DNA from: a virus
IMG/VR virus record: IMGVR_UViG_3300029552_000001
Length of the DNA: 64,000 bases
Strand: one strand, 5' to 3'
Positions 7,146-16,991 of the stretch are shown piece after piece. Each line of letters opens with the position of its first letter. The stretch's first letter is position 1. Under the pieces are notes generated by a model. That model made no database searches and was not told the DNA's origin. It worked only from the letters and a program-made list of their open reading frames with translations. Made by a program: the position numbers and the translations under genes.

Positions 7146-10100
7146 ATGTCGAGTTGCGTAATTAAAAGGAATAAGGAAGGTAAGATAACCCGTGTCTTGA
7201 CCCCTTCCGGCGAGGTATCCACCTTGTTCGATAAGATAGCGGGTATAGCCGCCGTAAGTGACCTTAATAAGGCCGCTGAAGCTTATATGACTATTTATAA
7301 CGATAAGTTTAGGTCTAAGTTCGGGAACTGGACGAGATCCGTACCAAGGAATAAGGAGGCCGCCAGATCCATAAGCGCCAAACTTAACGCTAGCGAGTGG
7401 GGGCAACTTATGTCAGCCAAGGTCCTGTCCGTCATAAGCGACATGGATGCCCCAGCGTTGGCCAGAAGTCTTGGGAATAGCGACAATGTCGTGGCTTATC
7501 TTACTTCCGGAGAGGTAGGTGATGTCAATGATATGGCGGTGGTAGATACATCTACGGTACAGGAGGTGGATTTGGATTCCATAAACGAGGATAATATTGG
7601 CGATACGATACTGAAAGAGGCGTCATGGGATGATATAAGGGCTATCAGGGAGAATATAGATATTAAGGAGACAGCTCGTATGTTATGGAAGGCCGTGGGA
7701 AGCGCTTTTACCGGGCAACGACCTAATATTAGGGTGAAAGGCGGAAGTATAGACGGGGAGATCATATTTTCTGGCAATGTCTTGCCTTTAAATGATATTG
7801 AGAATTATACTCCTCCATCTTCAAGATTGGTATATGATTCCGGTGAGCCTCGCCTGTTCTTTAGATCGGATGACGGCAAGATATACGACTCTTACGCCAA
7901 CGCCATAAAAGGATCGTCCGGTGGGCGGGTCGAGGCCGGGTTCTTGGCCGGCAGTGTCGAGGAGAGCGACATCCCGTCTGGCACGACTGACATCTCCTTT
8001 GGCTCTTCCTCAATAACCCTTAATAACAGCGAGTCATTCATCCCGATCCTTGGTATTAGCTCAGACTCTAATATAAGCACCCGTGGAGGGTTCGTCAATT
8101 ACCTTATCAAGAAAGGTATGTTGAGCGGGGAACGTATAAGGTTAGGGGATAGATATTATCTTACCGGAGCCGGCAACTCTGATGGTCTTAAGATCTATAA
8201 CGCTATGGATGCCTTGTCTAGGCTAAGGAATAGATTTGGTAGTATGTCCTCTGAGATGAACGTATTAGGCTCCATCGGTTTTGATACGGAGATAGATAAT
8301 GATCTTGATCTTATCACGACATCAGGGGAGAAGGTTACGGTAAGCAGATCGGAGATCAAGGGCATGTTAAGGCAAGGCAAGTTCGAGGAACTTAATAATA
8401 AGTATGATGGGTTCATGGAGCTAGCCTTGTCGTTGATGATGGAGGATAACGCCTTGTACGGAAGTAATGTCCGTGGGGTTATTGAGAATGAGAAGGCGGA
8501 GGATCTTCAGAACAGGACTGATATCACCAACATCTTATCCACGTTAGGTATCCGGGTGATGGGTATGTCTGAGTATATGGATAAGTATAAGATGCGTAAT
8601 GGTATTGAGCCTTCGGCTAGGGCCTTATCCGATATGGCCAATGGGGTTATCGCCTTGGCTGAGGGAGCTACGGTAGAGGATCTTAATGAGGAGGTAGCCC
8701 ATTTCTTGATCGATACTTACCGTAACCAACAGGAGATTGACGAGGTGCTGGATTCTGTTGTCGGCACGTCGTTATGGAATCAGTTCGCTGGTCGTTACTA
8801 TGAGGTGTATGGGAAGGAATACCAAGGAGAGGAGCTGGATCGGATGGTGAAGCGGGAGATCCTAGGTAAGACATTGGCCCAGCGGTTCGTGCCGGGCATG
8901 GAACAGGCGGTAGAGGATCTGACCTCGTCCGAGGACGCCCAGCTCTCCTTGTTTGGCAGGATGGTACGAGCTATACGTAATTTCTTCTCCAGCCAAAGAT
9001 CGGATTTAAATAAGGTACTTGACAGGATAAAGGAGTCGGCGTTAGCTGATGATCCAAGCGCCTTTGACGTGCTTCTGCTAAAGGATAGCGATCATCTCAT
9101 GTACTCGTTATCGGACGTTGACGTGGCTAATAAGTTGATCAAGAACGGTAGGTCATTGGAAAGGCTATACACCAGATTGCAGAGGATGAGATCAAGCCAA
9201 AGCCAGAGGATCGGTGAGAGTATCTCCCTTCTTCGTGATATAGGCGAGAAGGTGAGACAAGTCGGGGGTGAGCTTAATAAAAACAACAACCTGTTATCCA
9301 CCAAGAGCGTTATAGCTACAGCCAAGGCCGAGGTGGAGTATTTGGTTACGGTTGCCAGTAGCTTGCGTAAGAGCGACAAGGGATTGGATTATGAGACGAT
9401 ACAGGTTATCGATAACGTATATGGGGAGATAGTACCGTTAATCAGGAATCTTCGTGGATTCGTCAATAATCAGGCGGCGGATTATTATGGCAACAACAAG
9501 GTTGGCATGGTAGAGGATATGGATGATATATTGCGGATGGCTGAGACATCTATGTCTGATATAAACGCCCTTCGTAGCGATCGTAACGAGGATTGGCTGG
9601 ATGGACAGCTCCGGATGTTTAATATCCCGGAAAGATATTGGAATGGGATAAAGAAGTTGATAGATAACATCCATAAGGATATCAATGTCATGTCCATGTT
9701 TTTCGGGACGTTAGAACATAGCGGGAACGCTATCTTGGGCATGTTAGGGCAACGTCTTGCCAAGGCTTATAACGACGCTCATGTTGAGGGCGTGGCTAAT
9801 ATCAATAAGATGACGAAGATGATGAAAGAGCGTGGATGGGGGATAAAGGATAATGAGGATCTTATACAGAAGATAAACGGTAAGAACTCTGATTACCTTG
9901 ATTCGTCCCGTGATTTCGCCAAATACGATTTACTATACAGGACCGAGCAGGCTAAGGCTATTATCGATATATATGATCTTAAGAATGTCATGGGTAAGAC
10001 CGAGAAACAACTTATTGATCTTCTTCTATCCGATAGAGGTCTTAAGGTGAAGACCCGTGACGACATAGTAGGATATGACGGGGATAAGCCTATTACGAAG

Positions 10101-13100
10101 GAGATATATCATGTATTCAAACCTACCATCCAGAATTTTGATATCTCGGACATGACGTTCGAGGATCAGCAACGATATCTCGACGCGATAAATAGGTGGT
10201 TGGATGAGAACCGAGAGAAACCTATGGTGCAGGCTTATTACGATAAGATCGAGAAAGTTAATAAGAAGGTCGAGGAAAGACTGGGTCGTAGGGTATCGCA
10301 AGCCACGTCCGATTTCATGACCCGTATCCGCAGGAGCCGGTATGTGGCTATGGATAAGTTCGTGAGGAACGGGAAGGTCGATTGGAAGGCGTTTCAATCC
10401 GATCCTATAGCTTGGAGATCTTATCTGGATATTTTACGTGACAGGGCTATAGCCAAGAGCGAGTGGTATTCCGATGGGACACCAAAGGAGGAGGGATCCG
10501 AGGCTCTGATGATGTCCGAGGAGATCAAGGCATGGGACGAGGCGTGGGCCGAGGAGTTCGGGAATACCAACGAGGGTCGTAAGGCTTCCGCCGAGTTCAA
10601 GGAGATACTTCGTGGGATAGAGCGGTCCGAGGGCGGCAAGGCTGCGTTTGAGTTCCTGCTAGCTGGCGGTCATCTTGGCTTCTCCAAGGATATGTGGGGA
10701 TCCGAGGAGGGTGATTATTACGAGAATCTGGTTGATAAGATCACGGAGCAATCTGTATCATCATCAAGGATAGAGAAGGTAGAGGAGGCGATGGCGACAA
10801 TAAACGAGATCAATGACCAGCTAAGACCTTTGCTTATTCAGTACCGGGACAGTACTAGATATGGCGAGTATGATTTCGATCGTCTTCGTGGATCATCGTC
10901 ATTAAGAAAGATAAACGAGTTATATGATCGTCTGGCCGAGGCTAAGAGTGTCATTAATGCCGCCGCTTCCGCTGAGGCTATTGAGATGGATATGCCTGAT
11001 ACGGTGGAGAGTGGAGTCACGGATTCTTACCGTAACGCTTTAAGGGATGCCATGGCATACGACAAGGGTATGGATGAGATTAAATTCGCCAAGGAACATA
11101 TGTCTGCCCGCTCCCGGAGTCAGGTGGATAGGATGGCCGCCAAGTTATCTCGGAAAAACCCGTCATGGACGACCGTGGAGGTATCGTTTTTGAGAAGGAA
11201 ATACGGTCCTGACTTCAATAATAAGCTAGCTAACGACATAGCGATGGGTAAGACTGATAAGATCCTTGTCGAGTACGCCAGAACCCGGTTGTATCCTTAT
11301 ATGAGGAAATATTCTCCCAAAGGGTATTCTGATTTCATCAGAAAGATAAATAACGGTATATATAAGGTATCCGAGTTCTTTGATGCCATAGAAAATGGTA
11401 TATCCGAGAAAGAGAGCGTATCCCGTTTCGGGTTCGATATTAATATGATTGATCTGACGATCAACAACCAGTGGCTTGATGAGGCCGATGCCGAGAGTTC
11501 TTTCCGTAATCCTAATTATAATCCCGATCTGGGTTATGGGTATCATACGCCTAGGTTCGATAAGTACAAGAACGAGGCTTTTTTCAAGAAATACGGTATT
11601 ACCAACGAAGGGGAGGAAGCTACGATCAATAAGGATAAGTGGGAGATGAGGAAGGAGCTGCTTAACATAAGCCGTAAGGCTATGGAGGATTATGATGAGC
11701 GATTCCGGAACATCTACCAAATACCACAGATATCCAAGGGCGGCGTGGAGAGGATGGTGCAGGCCGGGGTTGACCCGAAGGCGGCCATCGGCAACGCCGT
11801 ACGTGATATCGTTGGCGAGAGGGTGGATGACCCTATACATGGTCAGGGGCAAGACCTAGGAGGGATTGACGAGAACGATAACAAATATCGTATGATCCCC
11901 AAATACTATCTTAGTAAGCTGGAGAACGCCAACGACGTGTCCCATGACTTCGCCTACTCCTATTCCATGTTATCCTTGCAGGCTACCGCTTACAAGTATA
12001 AGAGGGCGGCCTTGGATGATGTCATGGGATACAGGAACATGATGCTGGAGACGCAATACGACGGCGGTAAGAACCCGGAGGCCACTCACGCCTATAGGAT
12101 GTTTCAGGACTGGGTTAACGCCAGTATCTATGATGTTAGGATAAATAATAAGCGGGCAGAATGGAATATAGGTAATTATAAGGTCGATCTTAATAAGCTG
12201 GCTCTTATGTTTACCAAATTCGTATCCAAATCCAACTTAGGCTTCTCCCCATTCGTCGCGGCTACCGGCGCCCTTACCGGGCAGGCCAACTTCCTTTTGG
12301 AGGGTATGGTAGGGCAGTATATAAGCAAGGACTCCATGAAATACGCCTATGGGGAAGCCCAGAAGCAGTTAAGTACGTACGTGTCGGAGATCGGGGATAT
12401 AAACCGCACCAACAAGCTATATGTCGTTGGAGAGGCTCTAGGCGTGTTCAATGTCCGTAACCGTGTACGATCGGCAGCGTATAACAAAATCTGGAGAACC
12501 TTATTCCGGGACCTGCCGTTTAAGATGATGGAGGTTCTTAACTCCCCGTTGGATCCGCAGGTCATTATCTCGGTCATGGATGATACCCGCCTATACGAGG
12601 GTCAGTTCTGGTCATACTCCAATTTCAAGGAGATGATGATGAAAGACAGAAATATGTCCGCTAACGAGGCTAAACGCGATTGGGAGCGTTTAAGGGATTA
12701 TTCTATGTGGAACATGGTAGATGTCAAGGACGGAAAGATCGTGGCTAAGAACGAGGCTAACAAGGATATTATAGACCGATATATACCCACCTTGTCCAGT
12801 AGGGTAAGGAGTATGGTGCAGATCTGTGACGGCGCCTTGAACGAGCAGAACCGGGTGGGGGCTAGCCGGAACGCTATCCTTAATATGGTGCTGCCTCACC
12901 GTGGATGGTTTATATTGGCCGTACAGCGGGCGTATAAGAAAGCCGGTTTCAATTTCCAAACCAACCAGTTTGAGGAAGGATATATGAGAACGTTATGGAG
13001 ACTGGCCGGTAATGTCTATGGATCGATGTCCGAGGGCAGGATGGGAGAGGCATATGACGTGCTTAAGGAAGAGTATGATAAGCTTACCCCCTACGAGCAG

Positions 13101-13592
13101 ATCAATATCAAGAGATCGATTATCAACATGGCGGTATTCGCTACGATGATGGCCATAGGACGGGCTTTGATGGGATATAGGGAGGATAATGAGGATAGCT
13201 GGTTCGGACAGTTCATTACCTATATCGGGTTCAGGACGATCAATGAGATCGCTTCCCAGACATCCCCGTTCATGGAGCTTAACGCCATAGATATGCTGCA
13301 AGATCCGCTGGTTACCGCCCGAAAGTTAGGCGATCTCACCGATCCTCGAAACTGGGATCCGTTCGCTACCGTCCAGACCGGCGTGTATAAGGGAGAGAGC
13401 AAGCTATGGAGGCAGCTCATGAAATTCTCGTTCGGTAAGCAATGGTATAATATCAAGACGGCTAGGGATATTAAGCAGACATCCGACTACTGGTTGATGA
13501 CCAACGGCATGACGATGGGATTCTTCTTAGGAGGCAGGGATAAGGACGAGTCCGGGGAGGACGCTAATTGGTACTTTGACAGGGGAAGATAA
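7146..13592 (+). CDS. giant virion-type protein (2149 aa; candidate ejection, internal or tape-measure-like protein)
   Basis: The track ORF 7104..13592 begins at a TTG inside the terminator, so I use the in-frame ATG at 7146 (MSSCVIKRNKEGK). Largely helical-looking, with hydrophobic segments near the C-terminus (FSPFVAATGALTGQANFLL, INMAVFATMMAIGRALMGY, MTNGMTMGFFLGG). Confidence 0.85.
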   Translation: MSSCVIKRNKEGKITRVLTPSGEVSTLFDKIAGIAAVSDLNKAAEAYMTIYNDKFRSKFGNWTRSVPRNKEAARSISAKLNASEWGQLMSAKVLSVISDMDAPALARSLGNSDNVVAYLTSGEVGDVNDMAVVDTSTVQEVDLDSINEDNIGDTILKEASWDDIRAIRENIDIKETARMLWKAVGSAFTGQRPNIRVKGGSIDGEIIFSGNVLPLNDIENYTPPSSRLVYDSGEPRLFFRSDDGKIYDSYANAIKGSSGGRVEAGFLAGSVEESDIPSGTTDISFGSSSITLNNSESFIPILGISSDSNISTRGGFVNYLIKKGMLSGERIRLGDRYYLTGAGNSDGLKIYNAMDALSRLRNRFGSMSSEMNVLGSIGFDTEIDNDLDLITTSGEKVTVSRSEIKGMLRQGKFEELNNKYDGFMELALSLMMEDNALYGSNVRGVIENEKAEDLQNRTDITNILSTLGIRVMGMSEYMDKYKMRNGIEPSARALSDMANGVIALAEGATVEDLNEEVAHFLIDTYRNQQEIDEVLDSVVGTSLWNQFAGRYYEVYGKEYQGEELDRMVKREILGKTLAQRFVPGMEQAVEDLTSSEDAQLSLFGRMVRAIRNFFSSQRSDLNKVLDRIKESALADDPSAFDVLLLKDSDHLMYSLSDVDVANKLIKNGRSLERLYTRLQRMRSSQSQRIGESISLLRDIGEKVRQVGGELNKNNNLLSTKSVIATAKAEVEYLVTVASSLRKSDKGLDYETIQVIDNVYGEIVPLIRNLRGFVNNQAADYYGNNKVGMVEDMDDILRMAETSMSDINALRSDRNEDWLDGQLRMFNIPERYWNGIKKLIDNIHKDINVMSMFFGTLEHSGNAILGMLGQRLAKAYNDAHVEGVANINKMTKMMKERGWGIKDNEDLIQKINGKNSDYLDSSRDFAKYDLLYRTEQAKAIIDIYDLKNVMGKTEKQLIDLLLSDRGLKVKTRDDIVGYDGDKPITKEIYHVFKPTIQNFDISDMTFEDQQRYLDAINRWLDENREKPMVQAYYDKIEKVNKKVEERLGRRVSQATSDFMTRIRRSRYVAMDKFVRNGKVDWKAFQSDPIAWRSYLDILRDRAIAKSEWYSDGTPKEEGSEALMMSEEIKAWDEAWAEEFGNTNEGRKASAEFKEILRGIERSEGGKAAFEFLLAGGHLGFSKDMWGSEEGDYYENLVDKITEQSVSSSRIEKVEEAMATINEINDQLRPLLIQYRDSTRYGEYDFDRLRGSSSLRKINELYDRLAEAKSVINAAASAEAIEMDMPDTVESGVTDSYRNALRDAMAYDKGMDEIKFAKEHMSARSRSQVDRMAAKLSRKNPSWTTVEVSFLRRKYGPDFNNKLANDIAMGKTDKILVEYARTRLYPYMRKYSPKGYSDFIRKINNGIYKVSEFFDAIENGISEKESVSRFGFDINMIDLTINNQWLDEADAESSFRNPNYNPDLGYGYHTPRFDKYKNEAFFKKYGITNEGEEATINKDKWEMRKELLNISRKAMEDYDERFRNIYQIPQISKGGVERMVQAGVDPKAAIGNAVRDIVGERVDDPIHGQGQDLGGIDENDNKYRMIPKYYLSKLENANDVSHDFAYSYSMLSLQATAYKYKRAALDDVMGYRNMMLETQYDGGKNPEATHAYRMFQDWVNASIYDVRINNKRAEWNIGNYKVDLNKLALMFTKFVSKSNLGFSPFVAATGALTGQANFLLEGMVGQYISKDSMKYAYGEAQKQLSTYVSEIGDINRTNKLYVVGEALGVFNVRNRVRSAAYNKIWRTLFRDLPFKMMEVLNSPLDPQVIISVMDDTRLYEGQFWSYSNFKEMMMKDRNMSANEAKRDWERLRDYSMWNMVDVKDGKIVAKNEANKDIIDRYIPTLSSRVRSMVQICDGALNEQNRVGASRNAILNMVLPHRGWFILAVQRAYKKAGFNFQTNQFEEGYMRTLWRLAGNVYGSMSEGRMGEAYDVLKEEYDKLTPYEQINIKRSIINMAVFATMMAIGRALMGYREDNEDSWFGQFITYIGFRTINEIASQTSPFMELNAIDMLQDPLVTARKLGDLTDPRNWDPFATVQTGVYKGESKLWRQLMKFSFGKQWYNIKTARDIKQTSDYWLMTNGMTMGFFLGGRDKDESGEDANWYFDRGR

Positions 13593-13611
13593 CTGATATA
13601 GTATGACAAAA

Positions 13612-13656
13612 AAATAGCCAGTCGATTGCTTAAAACAATCATATTGGCTATTTTTG
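13612..13656 (+). terminator. rho-independent terminator ending the late operon
   Basis: ATAGCCA ... TGGCTAT stem with an inner GATTG/CAATC helix, followed by TTTTTG. Confidence 0.65.
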
Positions 13657-13657
13657 T

Positions 13658-13690
13658 ATTCCCATCTATCCATCCCGGACGGATGGGAAT
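13658..13690 (+). other. second hairpin ATTCCCATC / GATGGGAAT
   Basis: Perfect 9-bp stem with a 15-nt loop that contains a nested CCATCC/GGATGG pair. Lies immediately upstream of the T5orf172 gene. Confidence 0.5.
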
Positions 13691-13705
13691 AAATAATTAT
13701 CAACT

Positions 13706-14827
13706 ATGAATGCAAATGTAAGCATTTATCAGGATTCCGTGAAGGATAGTAGTGGAATTTTGACGTCCGAATCCAACGAAATAGGGTCTTTGAAAATTAT
13801 CATGCCTGATAAATTGAATCAGTTGACAGCTCGATCGTCCTACATATGCCATATAGACGATTTCGTTAAAGGGAATAAAGATTATTATGGATTTGATATA
13901 CAATCTGATAGAGAAATGGAATATGATTATGAACTAATCATAAACAAAATAAAACATATCAATAACAATACTGGTAAACATGAATATATATCAATATTTA
14001 ATAATTTCCCTATATTAGGTTTTATGTTATGTCAGATAGCTAATTTAAATGACCTTAGGATTCTTGGTGGATACAGATATAGCATAAGATTGAAAAATAT
14101 ATCAGAAAGGGATATTGTTATAGACTATATAAATAGTATTTTTATAACATATGATAATATATGTATCTATAAAGTTGATAATATTGATGTTAGACGTGAT
14201 ATCCCTCGTGAATTTATCGATGATTTAAACGCTCTTTACAAAACTATTATTGATAACATTTTTGGATATAGATTTTCTATAAGAGTGGTGACTGGATATG
14301 ATAATTGTATAGTAGACAATATTGAGGTGTTTGTCCCAGTCAAGTCAAATATGGATATATCAAATAATGTATCAAATATGTTTAGAAAATTTCTAAATGC
14401 TAAAAGAATTGATTTTTTTAATTTAATATCTGTTTTTGAATATTTTAACGATATTAATAATTTGAGCATAGGACATCTGATAACTAAGATATATAAAGAT
14501 TTTGTCTATTTATATGATATGTCATTTGATATATTAGATAACAAGGTAGTATATACATATTTAGGATCAGGTAATATTGATGGTTATATTAAGATAGGTA
14601 AAACCAATAATATTGACAAAAGGGAAAATACGATAAGAACCGGTAATATAGATTTTAAGATAATAGCCTTTGTTGGCAGAGATATAGAAAATGAATTGCA
14701 TAGCAAATTTGAGATAAAAAGGATGGAAAGAGAATGGTTTCATTTATCTGATAATGATATAGACAATATAATCAACGAGTATGGTTTTATTCGGGTAAGG
14801 AACAGCGTTAAAGATAAAAAGATATAG
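13706..14827 (+). CDS. T5orf172 (GIY-YIG superfamily, MUG113-like) domain protein
   Basis: 373 aa and very AT-rich. C-terminal DGYIKIGKTNNIDKRENTIRTGN...ENELHSKFEIKRMEREWFHLSD matches the T5orf172 pattern (YIKIG.T....R........lE..lH..f...r...EWF). The N-terminal 280 aa are unassigned. Confidence 0.75.
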   Translation: MNANVSIYQDSVKDSSGILTSESNEIGSLKIIMPDKLNQLTARSSYICHIDDFVKGNKDYYGFDIQSDREMEYDYELIINKIKHINNNTGKHEYISIFNNFPILGFMLCQIANLNDLRILGGYRYSIRLKNISERDIVIDYINSIFITYDNICIYKVDNIDVRRDIPREFIDDLNALYKTIIDNIFGYRFSIRVVTGYDNCIVDNIEVFVPVKSNMDISNNVSNMFRKFLNAKRIDFFNLISVFEYFNDINNLSIGHLITKIYKDFVYLYDMSFDILDNKVVYTYLGSGNIDGYIKIGKTNNIDKRENTIRTGNIDFKIIAFVGRDIENELHSKFEIKRMEREWFHLSDNDIDNIINEYGFIRVRNSVKDKKI

Positions 14828-14876
14828 TTATATCATTGATACTTAATGTAATCCAAAAATGGATTTACATAATAAT

Positions 14877-14908
14877 AGAAGGATAGGCGATTATCATCCT
14901 ATCCTTCT
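14877..14908. terminator. bidirectional terminator hairpin between convergent genes
   Basis: AGAAGGATAGG / CCTATCCTTCT forms a perfect 11-bp stem with a 10-nt loop. Located between the + gene ending at 14827 and the - gene ending at 14916. Confidence 0.7.
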
Positions 14909-14915
14909 ACTGTTA

Positions 14916-15440
14916 TCAGCCCTTATACTTATCCACAAAATCATCCACATCCATATACTCACACCCGAAGTTTTCCGCCGTCTTCTTATCGGAGTCGGAG
15001 AACTGCCCTTCTTTTCCGGAAGCGTCCCCGATCATCATGATAGTATCGTATATGATCTTATTTTCCTCATCTACATTATCATTTATGAATTTGATATAAT
15101 CCATATACTGGTCTATCATCCCCGTATTTGGTTTCCTATTGATGTTATCTTTATCATTGTTGTCGCAATAAAAGTTGTATACGGATATATTGGTATAATC
15201 CTCCAATGCGCTTGATATATAATCGAATTTATATTCAAACATCTCTTTGTCTACGAAGCCTTTTTCTATACCTCCCTGATTTGATATGATTAGTATATCA
15301 TCAGGAGCGTAATTTTTGATAGCCTCAAACACGTCGAGTTTGATTTTCATATCCCATATACCTTTAGGGAATGTATTCCCTGATACCGTCTCAATCAGTG
15401 TCCCGTCTAAATCTGTTATTAACAATTTATATTTTTTCAT
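14916..15440 (-). CDS. polynucleotide 3'-phosphatase-like HAD-IIIA hydrolase (PNKP phosphatase-domain type)
   Basis: 174 aa with ITDLDGTLIETVSGNTFP, IISNQGG, NRKPNTGM and MIGDASGKEGQFSDSDKKTAENFG. This is the motif set and order of PNK3P/HAD-IIIA phosphatases. Confidence 0.78.
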   Translation of the reverse strand: MKKYKLLITDLDGTLIETVSGNTFPKGIWDMKIKLDVFEAIKNYAPDDILIISNQGGIEKGFVDKEMFEYKFDYISSALEDYTNISVYNFYCDNNDKDNINRKPNTGMIDQYMDYIKFINDNVDEENKIIYDTIMMIGDASGKEGQFSDSDKKTAENFGCEYMDVDDFVDKYKG

Positions 15441-15475
15441 GATTCAAAATTTAAATGATATATAATTACCTTACT

Positions 15476-15691
15476 TTATTCATATACTACTCGTCCCATT
15501 GCTCCTAATAGCTCTTTATCATCCTGCTCCTTTACCTCTACATAATAATATCCCTTGAAACAAAATTTCTTTTGATCGGGATCTGACAAGAACTTTTTAT
15601 ATTCCTCGAATCCTTCATCTGAAAGATAATAAGCTCTTCTTTTTTGTTGAAGTAATTCATCTGATTCTAATATCTGTTTTTTAGTAGCCAT
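15476..15691 (-). CDS. hypothetical protein
   Basis: The track ORF starts at a TTG (15745). I use the ATG at 15691 (MATKKQILESD...), giving 71 aa. Confidence 0.5.
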   Translation of the reverse strand: MATKKQILESDELLQQKRRAYYLSDEGFEEYKKFLSDPDQKKFCFKGYYYVEVKEQDDKELLGAMGRVVYE

Positions 15692-15722
15692 AATATCTGT
15701 TTTTTGGATGTGGTATAGATGA

Positions 15723-15878
15723 TTAATCTTTAGGAATAAACCCAACAGCCTTTTCGGTAGAAGCTCTTTGTTTTATAAAACATTCAGCTTCTTCCCATGA
15801 GGTTGCCCATATTTCACCGGCATACTTTTTGCCATTGATTTGATACTCTGTTACAAATTTCTTTTCTTCTTTTTTCAT
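15723..15878 (-). CDS. small hypothetical protein (51 aa, below the track cutoff)
   Basis: MKKEEKKFVTEYQINGKKYAGEIWATSWEEAECFIKQRASTEKAVGFIPKD fills the gap between neighbouring leftward genes. Confidence 0.4.
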   Translation of the reverse strand: MKKEEKKFVTEYQINGKKYAGEIWATSWEEAECFIKQRASTEKAVGFIPKD

Positions 15879-15928
15879 GTTTGTAATTTTTAAAAGTTAA
15901 TAAAACTAAGGTTTTAGACAATGAGGCA

Positions 15929-16243
15929 TTATATCCATTTTACGAAGTTTATTATCTTCTGTTTATAAAATTCAATGTCCACATGAGGAAGTCCCTCGAT
16001 GACGGATTTAAGAGATATAGGATCGTCCTCCCACTTCAAGTCCCTACCTGTTAATCTACGGATAGTACCTTTTGGGAGTACGATCGCCGAATTATGATCC
16101 TCGACGGAAAAATACTCATCGTCATGCGCCGATCTCTCATCCGTCCATATCTCTCCTTGCCGAGCGGGGGTGTTGTCAAGAATAATCTCATCACCATTCT
16201 TGTTCACAGCTAAAAATACTATTATTTGTTCTCCTATTTTCAT
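15929..16243 (-). CDS. hypothetical protein
   Basis: 104-aa ORF in the leftward block. No motif recognised. Confidence 0.55.
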   Translation of the reverse strand: MKIGEQIIVFLAVNKNGDEIILDNTPARQGEIWTDERSAHDDEYFSVEDHNSAIVLPKGTIRRLTGRDLKWEDDPISLKSVIEGLPHVDIEFYKQKIINFVKWI

Positions 16244-16257
16244 AAATTATAATTTGT

Positions 16258-16524
16258 TTACCAATCTCCTCCATCATTACCTATTCCTGAGATTGTAGTT
16301 ATAATATTATCTGGATTTGTACCTGCGTTAGGAAGCATCTCAGGTATAGGATTGTCTTCCCTATCACCATGCATCATGACAGTAAGAACCCCACTAGCGG
16401 AATACAACCAAAGACGTTTGCCGTCCTTCTCCCATTTCTTCGCTAATCTATTTAATGATTCAATCAGCTTACATTCTTCCGGGGTACATTCGATCCCTGC
16501 GTCAGTAAAATATTTTACTCCCAT
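16258..16524 (-). CDS. hypothetical protein
   Basis: 88-aa ORF in the leftward block. No motif recognised. Confidence 0.55.
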   Translation of the reverse strand: MGVKYFTDAGIECTPEECKLIESLNRLAKKWEKDGKRLWLYSASGVLTVMMHGDREDNPIPEMLPNAGTNPDNIITTISGIGNDGGDW

Positions 16525-16627
16525 ATTATTGATTTGTTTAATTTACGAGCCTCTGATAAGGCTCGTGTTAGTATATCCTTTTTTCTTATAATCTCCTTAT
16601 ATCTTTTGATATTCATTTTTATTATCT

Positions 16628-16981
16628 TCATAATAAGTTCTTTTGTTTTAATAACACCAACATCTTATTCCAATCAACATATCCTTTATCCGTGAGCGGA
16701 GTGCCGATATTCCTGTCATCTATATAATAATCACAATACAATTTTGGTGATGATGATACTGGCTCAGGATTGTAGTTCACCGAATACAGATTGATATGAT
16801 TATATCTAAACCAGTCTACGGCATCCTGTAGATATTTACCATCTCTTACCGTATACAATATCAGAAGATTCTTATCGCCCAATTCCCTCAATACGCTAGC
16901 GGCTCCGATATTGTCTCCTACATAAGGGTATAAGTCTGTCACGCATGTCCCATCGAAATCTATTCCTATTATTTTCTTCAT
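16628..16981 (-). CDS. small HAD-superfamily hydrolase
   Basis: 117 aa. GIDFDGTCV (DxDGT nucleophile motif), LYTVRD and YYIDDRN are consistent with a minimal HAD phosphatase. Confidence 0.6.
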   Translation of the reverse strand: MKKIIGIDFDGTCVTDLYPYVGDNIGAASVLRELGDKNLLILYTVRDGKYLQDAVDWFRYNHINLYSVNYNPEPVSSSPKLYCDYYIDDRNIGTPLTDKGYVDWNKMLVLLKQKNLL

Positions 16982-16991
16982 ATTATATATC

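Noticed and set aside
11226-11852. 208-aa antisense ORF inside the giant gene
   Set aside because: It has no flanking signals and lies entirely within a 6.4-kb uninterrupted sense ORF. One such antisense run is expected by chance in a gene this long.
7146-13592. Possibility that the giant protein is a crAss-type virion RNA polymerase
   Set aside because: I could not find a convincing DxDGD/NADFDGD-like loop (only GYDGD and DNDLD) or any other polymerase landmark. This needs structure or profile searches, so no RNA polymerase call is made.
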